From assembly GCA_030390025.1 (NCBI GenBank), contig CM059432.1, positions 137,642,001 through 137,706,000 on the forward strand: a stretch of DNA of 64,000 nucleotides, read 5' to 3'. Under the pieces are notes generated by a model. That model did no database searches. It was given only the letters and a program-made list of their open reading frames with translations, and was not told where the DNA came from. This stretch comes from Squalus acanthias. Its lineage: Eukaryota. Shown one piece after another: positions 60,988 to 64,000 of the stretch (positions are counted from its first letter, which is position 1; each line of letters starts with the position of its first letter). The translations under genes were made by a program, and so were the position numbers.

Positions 60988-61979
60988 CTATTTTTTTGAA
61001 AACACATGCAATAACATTACAGAAATGAATTAGATTTACACTCTGAATCTGTTGGATATCTATTAGATCGGGTGCAGTTTTAGATCATTTCAAAACATAT
61101 TTGTTGGAAAACTGCCCCGTTTCATGGAGTCCATAAAAGAAGAAACTATTGGGAAATATCAGTGAAAAAATGAAAAAAAAATATCAGCTTTTGCCTTTTT
61201 CCCCCCCACAATGTCCAAGGTTACCTGCAAAAGGAACGAGAGAAAGTGGCTGCTGAGATTCTCCAGTATGACTTTCTCTTTAGGGACTCACATTGGCAAT
61301 TCAATGTTGTTGAACATCACAACAGTGAAGATGCGAAGACAGACCTAGAGAAAGCTGCAGAAGGAACTGTGGTAGATGACAGACACACCAGGACTAATGT
61401 GGAGTTACGATGATGACAGGTGAGGAGGCTGAGCAAGTTATTCTGGGCTGCTGCCAACATGGCTCCAGAAGAAGCAATCGAGATTTATAATCTCAGCAGT
61501 CAAATCATAACAACTGCAGTAGCAATTCTATTTCATGCTGCTTATCTTGGGGCCTCAGAAACACAATAAAATGGGAGAAGGAGCACTGCACAGTAAAGAG
61601 TAGACAGGGATGAAACAGATGCAGGAAAATTGCAGGTAAGGATCACAGGAAAGTCAGAAATCATACAAGGAAAGTAAAATCAGAAAATAAAAGCATAAGG
61701 AGAAACAAAGATACTTCAGAAGAGGGAAGCAAGGTGGGATGGCACAGCAAGCTATAAACATGATATAACTTTGCATTTCAAAAACCCTATATGCACAAGT
61801 CAGAATATCTACAAACAGTAGGTGTATTCATGCTCATGTACACACAGGAAAACTACAAAATTACAGGATAAGATGTGCCAACTATAAGAGAAATCTGATC
61901 AGGACACGAGAATACTTACTTTGAGTGCAACTGCCAATTGTGTCAAATTGCAGCCAGTTTGTGTTGTGGAGCTCTAAAA

Positions 61980-62332
61980 ACTATCTCCCTATCTCTGCAG
62001 CCTCCTCCAGCCCTACAAGATCTCTGCGTTTCTCCAATTCTGGCCTCTTGCGCATCCCTGATTTTAATCGCTCCACCATTGGCGGCCGTGCTTTCAGCTG
62101 CCTTGGCCTTAAGCTCTGGAATTCCCTCCCTAAAGCGCCTCTCTACCTCTCCCTCCTCCTTTAAGATGCTCCTTAAAACCTACCTCTTTGATCAAGCTTT
62201 TGGTAATCTGTCCTGATATCTCCTTCTGTGGCTCAGTGTCAAAAATGTTTCTTATTGATATCGCTCTTGTTAAGCGTCTTGGGACGTTTTACTATGTTAA
62301 ATGCGCTGTATAAATTTAAGTTATTGTTGCTG
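61980..62332 (+). mobile_element. L2-clade LINE 3' fragment
   Basis: Homologous to 27320-27658. Confidence 0.75.
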
Positions 62333-62467
62333 TTGAATACTCAGCTGCAACTGCAGGCAATTCTTTTCTTGTGACTAGCAGAGCCTGTCCTGGATTCAAA
62401 CCCAGGCTCCAGAGGTGAACATCGGAGTAAAGATGGCCTCAAACCAGCAAAAATAATTATTTTGGCC

Positions 62468-62640
62468 TATTTCAAAAGAGAATTGGATTTATACATGAAA
62501 AGGAAAAATTTGCAGGGCTATGGGGAAAGTATGTGTGGGGTGCGGGGCGTTGGTGGTGGGACTAATTGGATAGCTCTTTCAAAGAGCCGGCACAGGCACG
62601 ATGGGCCGAATGACCTCCTTCTGTGCTGTATCATTCTATG
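62468..62640 (+). mobile_element. CR1 LINE 3' fragment
   Basis: gcagggctatgggga...gggccgaatgacctccttctgtgctgtatcattctatg. Confidence 0.7.
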
Positions 62641-64000
62641 CTTAAAGTTGCTTGCCTGCACTGGTGATCCTGAATGCCCCAGTTTCAACTGGCTCCTTAG
62701 AAATGGTGTAAGGAAGGAGAGAGATGCAAGAGACCGCAGAACGGTTCTCCCAACAATTTAAATATTAAAATGGCACTCCTGCCTGTTCTAAGTTGAAGCT
62801 TGCATTGTCAGCAGTGAAACAGGTGCTGATGGGGCATTCTGATGAGGCAAATTGGAGCCCAAGTCAAAGAGGTGCCGGTTTTCTCTAATTACTCTAAGCA
62901 GCTGGAAGCCTGCAGCATCGTCCTGTTTAAAAACTAGCACAAATTTGGTAGTCTTACTTTGAAAGATCAGAGGATGAGGGAATAATCACACAGAATTTAT
63001 TTTATTGGGCAATTTGCGGAACAATTTGTTTCCTCTCGTGTAATTTAGCTTATTTTCAATTTCTTTTTAAAATAGAAATGTTCATCATTAAAATCATTTT
63101 ATTGGGTCAGAAAAAAGAGAGATAATGGGGTACAGAAATAATAATTACAGATTAACTTGTCTATTATGATGATAATATAGAGAATTGATGCTTAGATATC
63201 AAATTATCTTGGGAAAACAACATAAATTAAAGAAGCATGTGAATTTTAAACTATTAATACATATTTTATCAACAGTTTGCTTTACTTTCCAAGCCAATTA
63301 AGCGGGCTAGCATCTATATAGTGCCACTCAACATTTCTACACCAAGATTTGGCTTTTTGATGTTTCCCCACAGGATACTGGATGTATGGAGCAGACTCAC
63401 AGCAATAAGGGCAATTTAAATATTGATAGATAGCACAGATTTTCCAAAATACTGTCTTTGGGCATCAGAGAGACTGTCAATTTCAGACTTTGGGCTTGTG
63501 ATTGGCTGAAGGCCAGTTTTTTAACTAATGAAGGCTTGATTTTTTTTGAAAGGTGCTCCCAACTCTAAATAGACAGCGAAAACAGAAGCAAAAGAAAACT
63601 GGCAATAAAAGGGATTTAAAAGAAATAAGTGATTCAAGAGAAAGAGAGTTAGAATGCACGTATAAGATGAGGAAAAAAACGAAAATGAAAATTACAACTG
63701 TAACAGAGGAGGGAAGAGGGGGAGAATGATGAAGGTTTGACAAGAAGTCTTCACAATTACTTTAAATTAAACTTGGCTTAAGTATTTATTTTTTAAGACA
63801 AACTATTCCTGGCATCTGAGTACCTTTATCACGGTAATATGAGTGTTTGTTTTAGCACCACAGTGTGTCAGCTGAAAACTATTTTATTTTTTTAAAAAGG
63901 GAGGTTGAGATATTGGCATTGGCCGCAATCTACCAGTAATTAAACATTTTTTTTTAAGTTCGCAGTTTGTGATGTTGTGCAGACATGGAGACCATCCTGT

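Overview
Vertebrate genomic DNA, most likely from a shark or other cartilaginous fish. This is inferred from the repeat content: an HE1/V-SINE-like element, DeuSINE-like elements, abundant CR1 and L2 LINE fragments, and Penelope-like elements. The whole window lies inside one minus-strand gene, ZNF236 (multi-C2H2 zinc finger). Nine ZNF236-like coding exons plus one candidate extra exon splice with GT-AG boundaries and consistent phases between 60898 and 18004. The flanking exons lie outside the window. The introns are repeat-rich. Highlights: (1) an ~11.8-kb array of ~390 30-bp CpG/TATA-containing units (1139-12913) fused directly to the 5' UTR of a full-length but decayed CR1 LINE; (2) two near-identical Penelope-like insertions, each carrying a minimal hammerhead ribozyme, one in the sense of the ZNF236 pre-mRNA; (3) three ~750-bp Harbinger-like MITEs whose internal hairpins show compensatory changes; (4) two hAT MITEs with perfect 8-bp TSDs; (5) a frame-symmetric candidate ZNF236 exon with no counterpart in the human protein as I recall it. 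The giant ORFs over the array are treated as by-products of the repeat unit. All family assignments come from motif recognition, not database searches.
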